Source: Balanoglossus misakiensis
Taxonomy: Eukaryota > Animalia > Hemichordata
NCBI GenBank assembly: GCA_040954595.2
Contig: CM082578.2
Span: forward strand, 10,733,166 to 10,797,165
DNA: 64,000 nucleotides
Direction: 5' to 3'
Below, piece by piece: positions 12,595 through 24,800 of this stretch. Position 1 is the first letter of the stretch, and every line of letters starts with the position of its first letter. The translations under genes were made by a program, and so were the position numbers. Under the pieces are notes generated by a model. That model was not told the origin of the DNA. It made no database searches and saw only the letters and a program-made list of their open reading frames with translations.

Positions 12595-14139
12595 CAAGAC
12601 TATAGACCACTCTCGCAAACCGTCTCTAGGCAACAGATGATGCACATCAATTCCCGACTACGTGGGTTTTATTTGACTCACGTTGCATACGCACTCGTTT
12701 TCTCTCCACGTGACATACTACATTATCATCATCACCACCACCTTCACCGACTACGTGACATGTTCCGGATGTTGTTATCGTCGCCGTCGTGATCTGCTGA
12801 TATTTTTTTATCACTTTTGCTTTTGCAAATGTCAAATTCATTCCGTTCAGATACAACTTCGGTGTTTTTCTCCAGACCACACAATCAAGAGGACCACACG
12901 TAGTCTTCGGGTCACAGGATACAAAATGTCACACGTATAGCCATCTCCGTGGGCCCCACCTTTAGTTTGCTGAGTGCCCTCAAAGCCTGCCGGGATACCC
13001 TCATGTACACAGGCATGTGCCACCCATCTGGCTCTAGACTTTTCATGCAAGATTTACCCAGAGTTGGTTCACGGTGATTTGGAGCTCTGCCACTGGCAAA
13101 CGTCAATTCATCTCTTGGCAAGCTCCAAACACTCGATTCCGTGGCGTACGTGCAATCCAGTGACACGGTCATTTACATAATGTAAATAAATTGACCCTTT
13201 CAGAATGTAAAGTAATTATTTAGTCCGAATGTTGGGAAATATCAAAACCGCGGAACCTGCCAAAAATACAAGTAGTCTGCGTGATACGGAAGAGCGTCTG
13301 CGAACCCCGGGTCATTGACAGGTTATACAGCCAGTAATATTGGCACTGTGTTTACACCATGAATACTTTTCTCGAGTATTTCGGTGAATGCATGTCGATG
13401 CGAGTGTTTGTGATGCTGCAAACAAGCAAGCAGGAAACGAGGTTTGTGTTCGACCACAAAGCCAGGATGTGCTAAAGGGTACAGTAAAAAGCGAGGGTGA
13501 CTGTTAGGACGAATTCAATGCTGTGATATGTGTAAATTCCAATTTGTAAATGGGCACTAACCGTGATGGATTGAACAAATGCCATCCATTCAGGGCTTCT
13601 TGTGTTCCAAAATTAGTCTCGACACGTCACGCAGCTAGCTCGTATATTGCGATTCTAGCGTGCCATATATATACTGTGCAGATAACTTGATTTAAAATGT
13701 GAAACAGTAGGTCCTCCGACACATTTTCCCATTCATTTCGTTTTTTTAATCAAACGTACGGCTCATCTGTGAGCGCTATACGTGAAACCATTCGCTCGTG
13801 ACGGTAGTTGAACCTCTGATATGTGTGGCGCCCTTCTCGTACACTCACTGAATCGTTAACTCCAGCTTTATACTACAGGAAACGACAGCCCCGGCAAGTC
13901 CACGGTCTGACCGCTACATGTAATCATGCGTGGCCGAAACGATCAAAAATACGCGTACATCTGTACGCACGTTAAATAAATTGTCTCAAATCTACTGCCC
14001 CCGACTACAACTAGATAATGGTGTCTGCAGATAATCCAATTATCTGTTATATTATTTCTGAAGTTATTTCAAAACTACGCATGTATGCTCCATCTATTAT
14101 CTTTCTTAATAACTTAAGAAATCAATAAATGACAAAATG

Positions 14140-14590
14140 TTATTGCAAAACGTTTATTTAACAATAAAAAGTGTATTGTAACAGTCAAAGCTATGTGGGA
14201 AAATATGTCTGGCAAGTTTCATCACGTTTAGTGCAGTAACCGTTGGCATACAGTGCTAACAACGGAATTTTGTTGACTAGAAACAGTTAAGCGTTTCTTA
14301 ATACAGTCCAAGCTATGTCAGAAATGTTGTTTCTAGCAAGTTTCATCACATTTGGATCACGGACTCTTGACTTTTAATATATAGAGCTAATTCCAGAAGA
14401 TAGTCCATTCAGATGTCAGTGAGATCAATGTACCAGTTTAATCCAACTTCTAGGGAAAGATAGCAATAATTACACAAGTTTGTTAAATATGAAAATTAGA
14501 AATTATTCGGCGTGACACACATAGTATCATTAAAACCTTGTGAGATTGATATCTGAAGAAGGTTTCATCAAATTTGGTGCAGTAATGCTC
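14140..14590. repeat. Degenerate internally repeated sequence (aagtttcatca core), probable old TE/satellite relic
   Basis: Three diverged copies of ...caagtttcatcac/aaggtttcatcaaatttggtgcagtaa near 14213, 14337 and 14559; two are preceded by acagtc.aagctatgt. Confidence 0.5.
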
Positions 14591-15055
14591 TGTACATGCT
14601 AATACTGTCGCGATGTTCTCTGTAAACAACCGTTAGAAAAAAAATGATTAAGATGCATTAACACCGTGATCAAAATAAATGCGGAAAAATGCATAAATTA
14701 AACTTTTTGCCCCTTTGCTTACGTTCATGCGATATTACTTCAGTCGGGAAATGTGTGCTCAGTCCCCAGTGCCAGAAATTAACAGCGTACGTACGTGCTG
14801 AAAGACGAAGATATCTGGATTCCGAAAGTGCTAATAAAAACAGGTAGACCCATATATGCCTATAGCTTATAAAACGTTTGCGTGAACAGTTAGTAACGCG
14901 GGCTTCAGGTCAGGTCTTCGAAATCTTGCCGTGATGACACCGGAATTCTCGGGCAGTACAGCTGTGATAATCTTCTATTCTGTTTGATTTATGGCTGGTG
15001 TGTCTACCCTGTTGTGGATTACGTGCGAGCGAGGGCTGGTTTCTGGTAAATACAT

Positions 15056-15108
15056 TGGTGTGGTGGTGGTGGTGGTGGTGGTGTGTGTGTGTGTGTGGGG
15101 GGGGGGGA
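15056..15108. repeat. Compound microsatellite (GGT)n-(GT)n-poly-G
   Basis: tggtgtggtggtggtggtggtggtggtgtgtgtgtgtgtgtggggggggggg. Confidence 0.9.
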
Positions 15109-16058
15109 GATGTCACCGGGAAGTGACAGCAGAGGTGGGCAGATTCGGCGCTCCTTTGGTCTGCGAAGTCAGCAGTGCTTGTGGATGGGTAGTTCTGGAG
15201 AAGTTGATCATAAACCTGTCGTAAATCATGCAAATAACTATTAAATATACAAGAAGCAACACCACAATTAATATTTCTACACAACCTTTAAAAGTTATTT
15301 CTTGTTGAAAACGGGCAATTGAAATTCGGTAGCTGCTTGATCCCCCATTTCCCAGTAATACACGAGCGATGGGAGCGACAGTTCCCGGCATTTGACCACC
15401 AAGCCAAAGGTTATTAATACGATCGATCTTCAACTGATTTTCAGTTTAAACATTTGAGCAGCGCCCCCTGTGTTAGGATTTATGACTATCTTTCATTTTC
15501 AGAAAATGAAAGATTGTTTAACCGTAACTACAAGCTTGACTGCTTAATTGTCTAACACTGCATACCTTGTCGGACCTTTATTGTATATTTTAACACTTGA
15601 AGAATCTGGTGGATTGACTGTGGAGGAATATTGAAAATTCGAGTATTTTTTGTGGCAGGTATATCTCGGTGCTATCCATCTCAAAGAGCCATACATTCAT
15701 TGCCAGTGTTGAGAACCATGTGCAATTATAAGATTTTGATGAACATCAGTTTGATCTGTGAGCATAGAAGTATAACCTGCGTACTTGAAAGCCAAGGGAA
15801 AAGTCCCAAATTGACGAAAACACAAGTCCCTTTTCCATTTCGAACATTGAGGGCGAACTCATATAATCTCACTGTGGAGTACTTGACAACTCTTTATACA
15901 CTGATATCATTTCTACAGCTTTTTCTAGAGTGTTACAAGTATTTCTAACATACGTTGTCCAGGAACTACTACCAGCGTAAAATGCACTATTTAGTTAAAA
16001 TCTTCGACTACAAGTGATTTACCAATCCAAGTACCCGGGGATCAGTTATTTGTTACCT

Positions 16059-16176
16059 AATGAATGAATGAATGAATGAATGAATGAATGAATGAATGAA
16101 TGAATGAATGAATGAATGAATGAATGAATGAATGAATGAATGAATGAATGAATGAATGAATGAATGAATGAATGAA
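16059..16176. repeat. Perfect (AATG)n microsatellite, ~29 units
   Basis: Uninterrupted aatg repeat of ~118 bp. Confidence 0.98.
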
Positions 16177-16479
16177 GTTACCAATGAACTTGTGACAGGA
16201 CACTGATACTGCCATACTACTGGAGATGTTGGTTGAAGAACGGTAATGTACGTACTACGACGGATTCAACAGGTGGTACTGGGAAATCAGAAACTGCCCA
16301 TAGACAACAGTTCCCCCGTATCAAGGAAAAGTAATGAGGACTTTAGATCAGCATGAGAAAATTGCCCAATTTGCATTGTAAGTCGAACCATAGATGTCTG
16401 TTTATTAACACTCCTGATAAGACCTAGTCCGACCACCCCCTCCCATTGTAATAGTATGTCCCTCACAGCGAACACAGTG

Positions 16480-16646
16480 ATGACTACGTCATCACCCAGG
16501 TCTTGGTTCAGTGGAGTAAAGAAAAAGAGGCGGAAGTGGATAGCTGTGATTCTCAGAAAGTGCGCGGATACAGCAATGCTGCTGCAAAAGTTGCTACGAC
16601 GTCCGGAATGCAGATAAAAAGTGACGCGAAATGAAAGCAGGTAAGC
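16480..16646 (+). promoter_or_regulatory. Putative promoter and non-coding first exon of the PDZ-PDZ-death-domain gene
   Basis: CpG-rich patch with CRE-like TACGTCA (16485), ETS GCGGAAGTG (16530) and a consensus donor CAG|GTAAGC at 16640/16641. CpG becomes scarce shortly downstream and stays so until the gene ends. The first coding exon has an acceptor at 35706/35707, so an upstream exon is required. Confidence 0.45.
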
Positions 16647-17220
16647 TGTCTATGTGTTTGTCGACTCATTAGCTCCCGTGGATAAAAACCCCACGCCTCA
16701 GAGTTCCCGTGGCGACGTCTCGTCGCTGACGTGATGACATAATATGCGGGGACTTCGGTGTTTGACAGTGTGCAGTGTTGACGCGTTGACAACTACAGGA
16801 GGCGTTCTGTAGATCTATAGGGGACGCGTACATTTGTTGTTTCCCCCTTTTCACTCTAATATTTCTCGACAGTCTCGTATCAACAGCACTAATATTATCG
16901 TCGCAAGGCATGGCCACTTGTACTTCAGGTTCAACAGGAAAAATTGCATTTCAACTTGTGAATTACTTCAAGTTGTACAGTTATAGTAGTGACTAGTGTA
17001 GTGATTGTTTCTATGTCTGCAGCGATGTCACTGCGCTGCGACCGCCGAGCGGTGCATGCGTGCACGACCCGGTGCGTGTACCGAAAAACAGTCGGCATGT
17101 CTTGTATGGCGAATGTTAATGTTGTCATCTCCTGGTTTCGTTGGCATAACAGCTGACACAGACACTCGCCAACCCTAGCCTAGGTGGATTATACTAGTAC
17201 GGGGTCCATATAAGTGCAGG

Positions 17221-17344
17221 GTAGCTGCAATAATTGTAGCCTTGGTGGTGGGGCTGGTGTATCACTGTCAGCTGGCGATCATCCAGCCAACAGCAATACG
17301 CCAGCGCTGCAGCCCACCACCAAGGCTACAATTATTGCAGCTAC
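17221..17344. mobile_element. Palindromic MITE-like hairpin (TAGCC...GGCTA core)
   Basis: 32-bp inverted arms gtagctgcaataattgtagccttggtggtggg / cccaccaccaaggctacaattattgcagctac. The inner tagcc...ggcta unit is flanked by caataattg / caattattg. Confidence 0.6.
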
Positions 17345-18685
17345 AAACTGTAATGATATCACTCCGGTACATAAGAGTGACACTTATGAAATATAACAGT
17401 ATCATCCAAATGAAATATACAAACAAAACAACATACATTATAATGTACTGTAAACTTTTGAATAACCCACAGAATAATAAAATCCACAGCTCTGTAACAT
17501 ACATTACAACACAGTCATGTGAAACATTGCATATTTGAGAGGATGTTGTGATTGTAGAAGTTTTATTCACAGTTTATCCAATAAAACTTTGTAATACATA
17601 CATGTACTACCGGGGTACTCATCACATATATCTCGTCATTGACAATATCTTGTTGGTACAGCATACAGTATAACTCGAAACAGCACTGTTTACATATTAA
17701 TTTTTATACTGTTTATCATGCATTTTTCGAGGAATACTTGAAGGCTCGTGCAGCGTGTACCCAGAAGTCAAAGTTGTGAGTAATTTAGTGGGAATGTGCA
17801 GGTAGCATTTCAACGTGGCTAGATACCCAAAAAGTCGTGCTGTTTTTTTCGAATAGAGATCTCGAATCCCGTGGATGTTTGTCTCGTCAGGTGAATGACC
17901 AGGTGTGTTGTGAATAGCCGGGATGTGCCACTCGTTGGTGGGTGCTGTCATCAAATTGTAGTTGCAGGTTAATCACCTGCTTTGTGTTATGCATGGCGTG
18001 CGTGTACCTATCCTTTGAGCTTGAAGAGATAAAAAATCCCAAGTGGTGAAATAAGAGAATAATTGAGAATTATTTGTGAATTCTGTATTCAAGTAAGATT
18101 ATAAAGAATACACATTTGTTAGATAATGGTGTCTAATCTCTATTTAGGATCCCGGCTTTTGGATATATTTATATGCAATCAGTGAATCCCAGTTTTAAAT
18201 GTGTTTGGAATATAATTTACAGTAATGAAGCGAGTGAAAACATCTGGGTTGTCCTCGTCTGTAATTCCATTTACCGTACTATAAAAGAAAAGAAGGAATC
18301 AATATGCTAGCATGGCTGCCCTTCTTCATGAATTGTAAATTCAGGGCATATGATAATAGTTAATACGGCGCTTGTCACAGTGCAATGTTTCTGCAAGATG
18401 ATGAGTTACGCAGATGTCGTTGCTAATCTTGTCAAGCGCTGACTCTTCTGATCTCACTCAGGAGTTGTCAGGATAATGTAGTCTCATCTATTGATCAAGT
18501 TTCCGCTTTCCCTGGCTCGGCTGTCTTCCCATTTCCTCGGGTCAACATCAGCACACTGCAACGTGAATTTGTATGCTTGCAAGCAAGAAGTGCCAAGGTG
18601 TGAACCCTTATTGAATGGATAGTAGCTCCGTCTTTTGATATTATTACGGCACAAGTCAGGACTGGGGTTTTCCAAATTTGGCTTG

Positions 18686-18835
18686 CCCAGTGCCAGCCTG
18701 GGTTAGCAAATTTAGCACCTCATTGCGTAATCTCATAAATAAACAATATCACAGGCAAGGTATTATGATATAAGCCACACGGACAGTACTGTGAAGTCAA
18801 TAAGATAAGACTGGGCTAACCCATTGTTAGCCCGG
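18686..18835. repeat. Dispersed repeat fragment (second copy at ~24436-24490)
   Basis: gggttagc(a/g)aatttagcacctca and ctgggctaaccca occur at both sites. Confidence 0.5.
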
Positions 18836-21800
18836 TGTCGGCTAATTAGACACGTACTGCAGCAAGTCTTGGGTTTCTGGTTAGGGGTTTCCCAGAGATT
18901 ATTATACTGTTGTGACCAACTACTGCAAAATAGAAACCCATGAGTATAACTCAGGGTATTTGATGAAACGTTAAATACCAGGATATCATTTTTTTCCTTG
19001 CTCTCCAGGAAAGATTGCGTGATATGTAGTTTCCTGCAAAAATGTAAAATAACACCCATCTGTGTTGTGTTGTGATGTGTTGTGTTGAGCAAGTAATTCA
19101 AAACGTTTGACAGCAAAATTAACTCATTCAGTGGTGAAAGTTTTGCATGTTGTTATTACTCAAAATTTTTGACAAAATATACAAATTGCAGAATAGTTTG
19201 TCGCTAATTGAAAGTCAAAGTTTGTCAACTTTTTCTAAAGTTTAATGTCCTTTGCATTCTCTAAGGAAAACTCTGTGCAGTGATCTGTGTCGCAATTCTC
19301 CAATATTTGAAATTCAAAATGGTTGTCAAATGGCTGGGGAAATTGCTGATTTATTGATATTGGTACAATGTAGACAGCTGTGAATGCAGTGATAACGTTC
19401 AGACATGTAATCGCTCGGAAACGTGCTGGACGCCATTTTGTCGACAATGTGCAATGTATGAAATTTGTGAAATATACAGAAGAAAAAAATCGACTGATTC
19501 ATCACTTTGGAGGGACAGATTAGCCAGTAGCTGTTACTCTTGTTATTTCCAATATTTTTATTATTCTGTGTATCCACTACTGTTTCTTGTTCTACCCCCA
19601 TAACATGTCAAACCGGTAACCGTATTCGGCCTTGTCATCAGAGCCCACCACTGACATGTTCAATTGTGGACAACTGAACTTTATTGCCAACTAATTTCAT
19701 ATGTCAACAATAACATAGCGCTGTGTACATTCAATGTATTACAAACATTACCAAACTTTGTTGACAAGCTAAAAACCAGGGGAAGGGTTGGAAATGACAA
19801 ACCAATCCAGAACTTGTTGACAGAAACATTACCATTACTATTATCCACATATCGTTAAGATATGTCAGACAGATGCACAAGTCAAGAAGCTCTGTGTTTT
19901 CCTTTGCTAGAGGATATTCCAAGTGCCCAGCTGCTCTAATGGCATGATAAATCCGCGAAATAGCTGACCTGCAGGAATTGATTTGAGTATTTGTGAACAT
20001 TTGGGTTGTTGTTCTGATGCTCTGTCTGTATATACTGTGAGCTCAGTGAACAGCTGAAAATTCCAATTTCCTGACTCGTGAATGTTGGAAAGCCTGCTTA
20101 CAACACGTCTTCAGACGATCACATTGTACAATTTGTAAAATTGTCTCTGTCTTGATTCAGTCGGTTCCTCTTTGTGTGCGATTTGCTGTATAAGAGACAA
20201 AACCCACCCTGTGTAGTTGTTTGCGAGGAAATGAATGAAGCCGGTATGTACATTTGTAGATAATTTGAATATTACATACGTACACCTGGTTAATAATGAT
20301 TGCTGACCTATTTTATGGACGAAAAACGTGAAAAACCACAACTTCAACGTAAGTGTTTAGTTTAAGTCTCATTACAGTCAGAGAAGTTCTATGTACGTAT
20401 ATACAATACATGTACATGTATGTCTCTGTAAGTAACAAACACTACCAGTATAATTTGTGTTTTGATGACAGACTCTGTAATTATTAATAAATGGTCACCT
20501 CTAAAGGCCACAAAAGGGGAACAGGATGTAATGTTTATATTACATGCGCCCTAAGGTATGGAATTTTACATAAATAAAATGATGTAACATGCCCATGCTC
20601 TGAAGATGGTGAATTTTCCAAAATGTCTCTTATTATAAAATTATTCAGAAGGTATTTCTCAATCATTAATGAATATCACTATTAGAGAAGGGACTGTGGA
20701 CCTTGTACCTGGAAGGGGAAAAAACTGTATTGAAACACCAAGCAGGTATTTGGGAGGATTAAGATAAGATTTCACTCAACAAGATGGCATGTTTCTTTTT
20801 AAATTGGGCAACCCTGGAATAGCCAGGATTATGCAGTATGGGAAAGTGTATCGCTCAGCCACAGCGCTGAACAGTAGTTGTATTGCGGTTATCCTCTTAG
20901 AGCCTTCAGGGTCAGCAATTTAATTTTCTGCCGACTCAGGAGTTCAGAATATGAATTTAAAGCAGTTCAGTCAGTGGCTTGAAGGGTTTAGTTTTCCTTA
21001 TTGGTGTAACACTTGCCGTGCCATGTGTTTCGCCCACAAGAAAAAAAGCAAATTTTTTTTTTAGTTTTAGAGCTGAATTCTTGATTTGGTGATATTCCAC
21101 TGGGGTCCGGTTGGTGGGTGGTGGTTAGAGGGTGCTGTTAAAGTTTCACTGGGACACATCTGACTGAAAAGATAAGTTCATTCGGATGATGAGATGCCAC
21201 GGAAATCAGATGTTGGCAGAACACCTGTGTCTGACCAAATTGTTTGTGCAGATTTAGAGTCGCAGGAACTATAAACTCTAAATACGGACACACTACACAA
21301 GTGCACAGCGCTCCCTCCACAGACTCTGGCAGTCCTGCATCTGCCTTCAATTTACCCTTCAGGGCATATCGGCAATATATTAAAAAAATAAGTTAATTTT
21401 AGAACCAGGAGCCATGAAACCACATACATCATAGGTCTGTTTGTTGCCGTCCACAAGTCAACAGAACAATTAAGTTGTCAGTTGCGATGAGACCGTAATA
21501 CCTCATCAGGAAATTGAATTGAACTGTTTGATTGCGGAGACGGATTGAGTAATTTCCCTTGTCATGTGGTTATGATAAACTGGTAAACTTCCACTGCACG
21601 CAGCCACTGTTGCTTGTGAGGTAATAATTTTATCTAGCCAGCGGAAAGCTGAGGCACGTTTGTTAAATTAAATCTCTGGAAGAGATGCCAGGTTTGAATC
21701 CTAAGGAGATAGCGAAAGCATTGCGTGATGTGAGAGTGCAATCGGATTTTGTTTTAATTTCACACACTGGGTGCTTGTCAATGAGAGGGAAGACCTTCAG

Positions 21801-24800
21801 GGGAATCATATTCAACAGTCTGTGGTGTGTGTCTCTTATTCAGGGGTCGAGGGTCAGTTGGTAATACTGCATATAGATAGATATATTGTCTTCTTTGGAG
21901 TGCCGTTTCACATTGGACTGATTCTTTCTATTGTCGGGGCTTGTCTCCATCGAAAGACAATCAGATGATCCTTCTGGGTTTTGATGGAAAGGACAGTGTA
22001 CAGGGTTTTCCATTTTTGCCCAAATTATACTTCATGTGTTAAAAGTCAGAATGTATTTTAATATCAATATGCACATTGATAACTCCATACATATGCATGT
22101 ATTTAATTTTAAGATATGATAGGAGTGTGTGGTAGGGGTCATGTAGCTTGGCTTGAAGTTTTCTTCAAGATGGACAACTGGATGACCTTAAGTGTTGATG
22201 TAGTCCAGTCAACCTCATACTGTTCGTAATTGGAAGAAGTGTCCTTGACCTTGGGTCACTGAGTAGCCCACTGGACAATGCTCCATTTTCGTTTTCGCGG
22301 AGTGCAATGTGGCCCACTCCTCCGGACTATTGATCGGATTGATTGATGAGTACATGTATATAGCGAGGTTGGATTTCAGTTTCAAGAAACTGGCACCAAG
22401 TGCGCTGGGTGTTTCGCACGTGTCGTGTTTCTCGGTGTTTAATTCATAAAAAGACGCACTTGAAGACAGGGGGAAACTGCCTGCGCTGCCACGCTGTTCA
22501 ATTTGTGAGGAAAGTGATCATATTCTCCTTATTTTATGAGGTCCATTATCCGTATTGATCTGTTTCACTTTATGGGTATTTAGCGGGCCTCTCAAATGTT
22601 TATTCGGTAATTGTCCTCTCCTTATGTTACATAGGCGTGTATTCTCAAGTTGCAGTGCAGCTCGTTTGGACCAGAAAATGGAATTAGAATTTCTCTTTTA
22701 CCTGTGACATTTAACTCTCTATCAAAAATTGCTCTTGTGTGATTGCGGCGAAGGTATTATAAATCTGGCGTGGGCATTTTACGGCGGGAATTGGCACTCA
22801 CTCAATGTGATGGCTGGCTTGCACTTCAGGTGTGAATTGAGTTTCACTCGGTGGCAACCCAGGGCTGCGTCGATCTTCTTGAAATGTACAGCTTGTCACC
22901 GCTTCACAGAGACGTGCCTGAGTGTAATCATACAAACGACCAATCAGCAGCTGACCAATTGAGGTGTTCTGTTCTCGAGAAATCAAGGATGATGCGTACA
23001 GTGTACACGCAGCCAATACATGTATGAGAGACTGCATGCCCTTCTGACTAGCAATTTTCACCCATTTGGGGGCAGATTGCAGTTGCGACTTTAAAAAGTC
23101 GTGTACTTTTGGTTCCAAATGGGTGAACTTTTTCAGAGGTTCCATTCAGGATTCACACAATTGGAAACCTTTTCCAGTAAAAGGCCATCACAGAAGCAGT
23201 TCCAAGAAGACTTGAGTAATTTGTAGGTCTGTTAAATTTGAAATCTCTGTATACCGTGATAAAAATATGTGCATACATGTACATGTGCTCAATTGTGGTG
23301 ACTTTTATATGTATAGGTGGAAGTCTGTGCCAATATTTTTGAAGGATTTTTTGTTGATTTATTTTGTACAATGGCACATTCATTGTAAGAATGGGAAGTA
23401 TAAAGGGAAAAACATGTTATGGTCAGCAAGGTCTGTATGTTACATATTGTGTGCTTGGATACATGTACGGTACCTACATGTAATTATCTTTGATTGTCAG
23501 ATAAGACTTAGACTATAGTGGTTGGGGTCTTATCGGTTGGTGAGGCTTGATGGTTTGATTTAGTACGACCCAAGGAATTTCAAGGGTTCGTGAGGGCCGG
23601 TCAGTCTGTGTGTGCAACTTGATTGTTTTGATTGACAACAGGTCCCAAAGTGCCATTGGGGGGTTTTGAAGTATTCTTGCGGTCTGGTGAGCTTGTGACA
23701 AAAGTCAACAAACTTCACAGCTGACAATTGTTCAGTTCATTTTGGGCTTTCAAGTTCTCAGAGAAAAGGCTGACTGTAGTGCACCTTGTGGGGTGTGCTC
23801 CACACAAAAGAAGGTAATAAAACTCAAAAGTGACTGACAGGTCATGAATCCGCCATTTGGGGATTCGCTGTCACAGTGGTCACACTTCCTGTGGTAGATT
23901 TTCAATTTCAAGTTAATGAATGTTAATACATTTTTAATGAGGCAAAATTGATGATTATATTATGTCTGGTATTAAATATTGCCAACATTCTTAAGATGCA
24001 CTTAGTCTGGTTTGGTATATAGTCTGTCATTTATTGTGTTGACTGATTTTATGCTATAGTACAGTGACAGTCAGTGTACAGTGACTGTGTATAAATGTAC
24101 GAAGTCTCTCTTTCCAGGTCAAACTCTTTTCCAAGCAATTTGGTCACTTGAAACCCATTGCTGTACCTATTTGAATGTGCAGTAAAGCAAATTTACATTG
24201 TTGTACAGTGTTACCAGTGCCACCGCTACCAACAATAGCTAGGATGCCATGGGTGGCTCTTGTCTACTCCCAGTCCCATTTATATCACACAACAATACCA
24301 GACAGGACCTGACCTCAAAACAGACAATGCAGCTATCAACGTGTTTGTCTCCATGCTGTCCACAGCCCAGACTATTGTACTGGTCGTCTTGTACGTGCAA
24401 TACAGATCAGAACTGAGTTTCTAACTGCGTCAGCTCTGGGCTAACCCAAGGCCTGCCCGGGTTAGCGAATTTAGCACCTCACTTATGCATTTAATTGGCA
24501 TCTAAATACATAATTAACTCTTAAACACAGGCTACATGAGTGCTAACCCAAATAACATGAATAGTAGCAGCAATTGAGTGGACAGTTTTTATGCAGACGT
24601 TTTTCAAGTGTTTTTCATAGTATGTTGGATTGACGTAGGAAGGCCATGTATAACTCATTTGAAATACTAGATGCTGGTATATTTTATTTATCAGGAAATG
24701 GAAAGAGAAAGTACAACTTCTGCTGGTAAACATGCATTTGTGGCGTGTGTAAATATTTAATTGTAGTACGTAGGTGTAGAATGTAAATCATTGATACATC

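Noticed and set aside
16059-16176. Repeat array as CRISPR or telomere
   Set aside because: Simple tetranucleotide microsatellite with no spacers, in a eukaryotic context.
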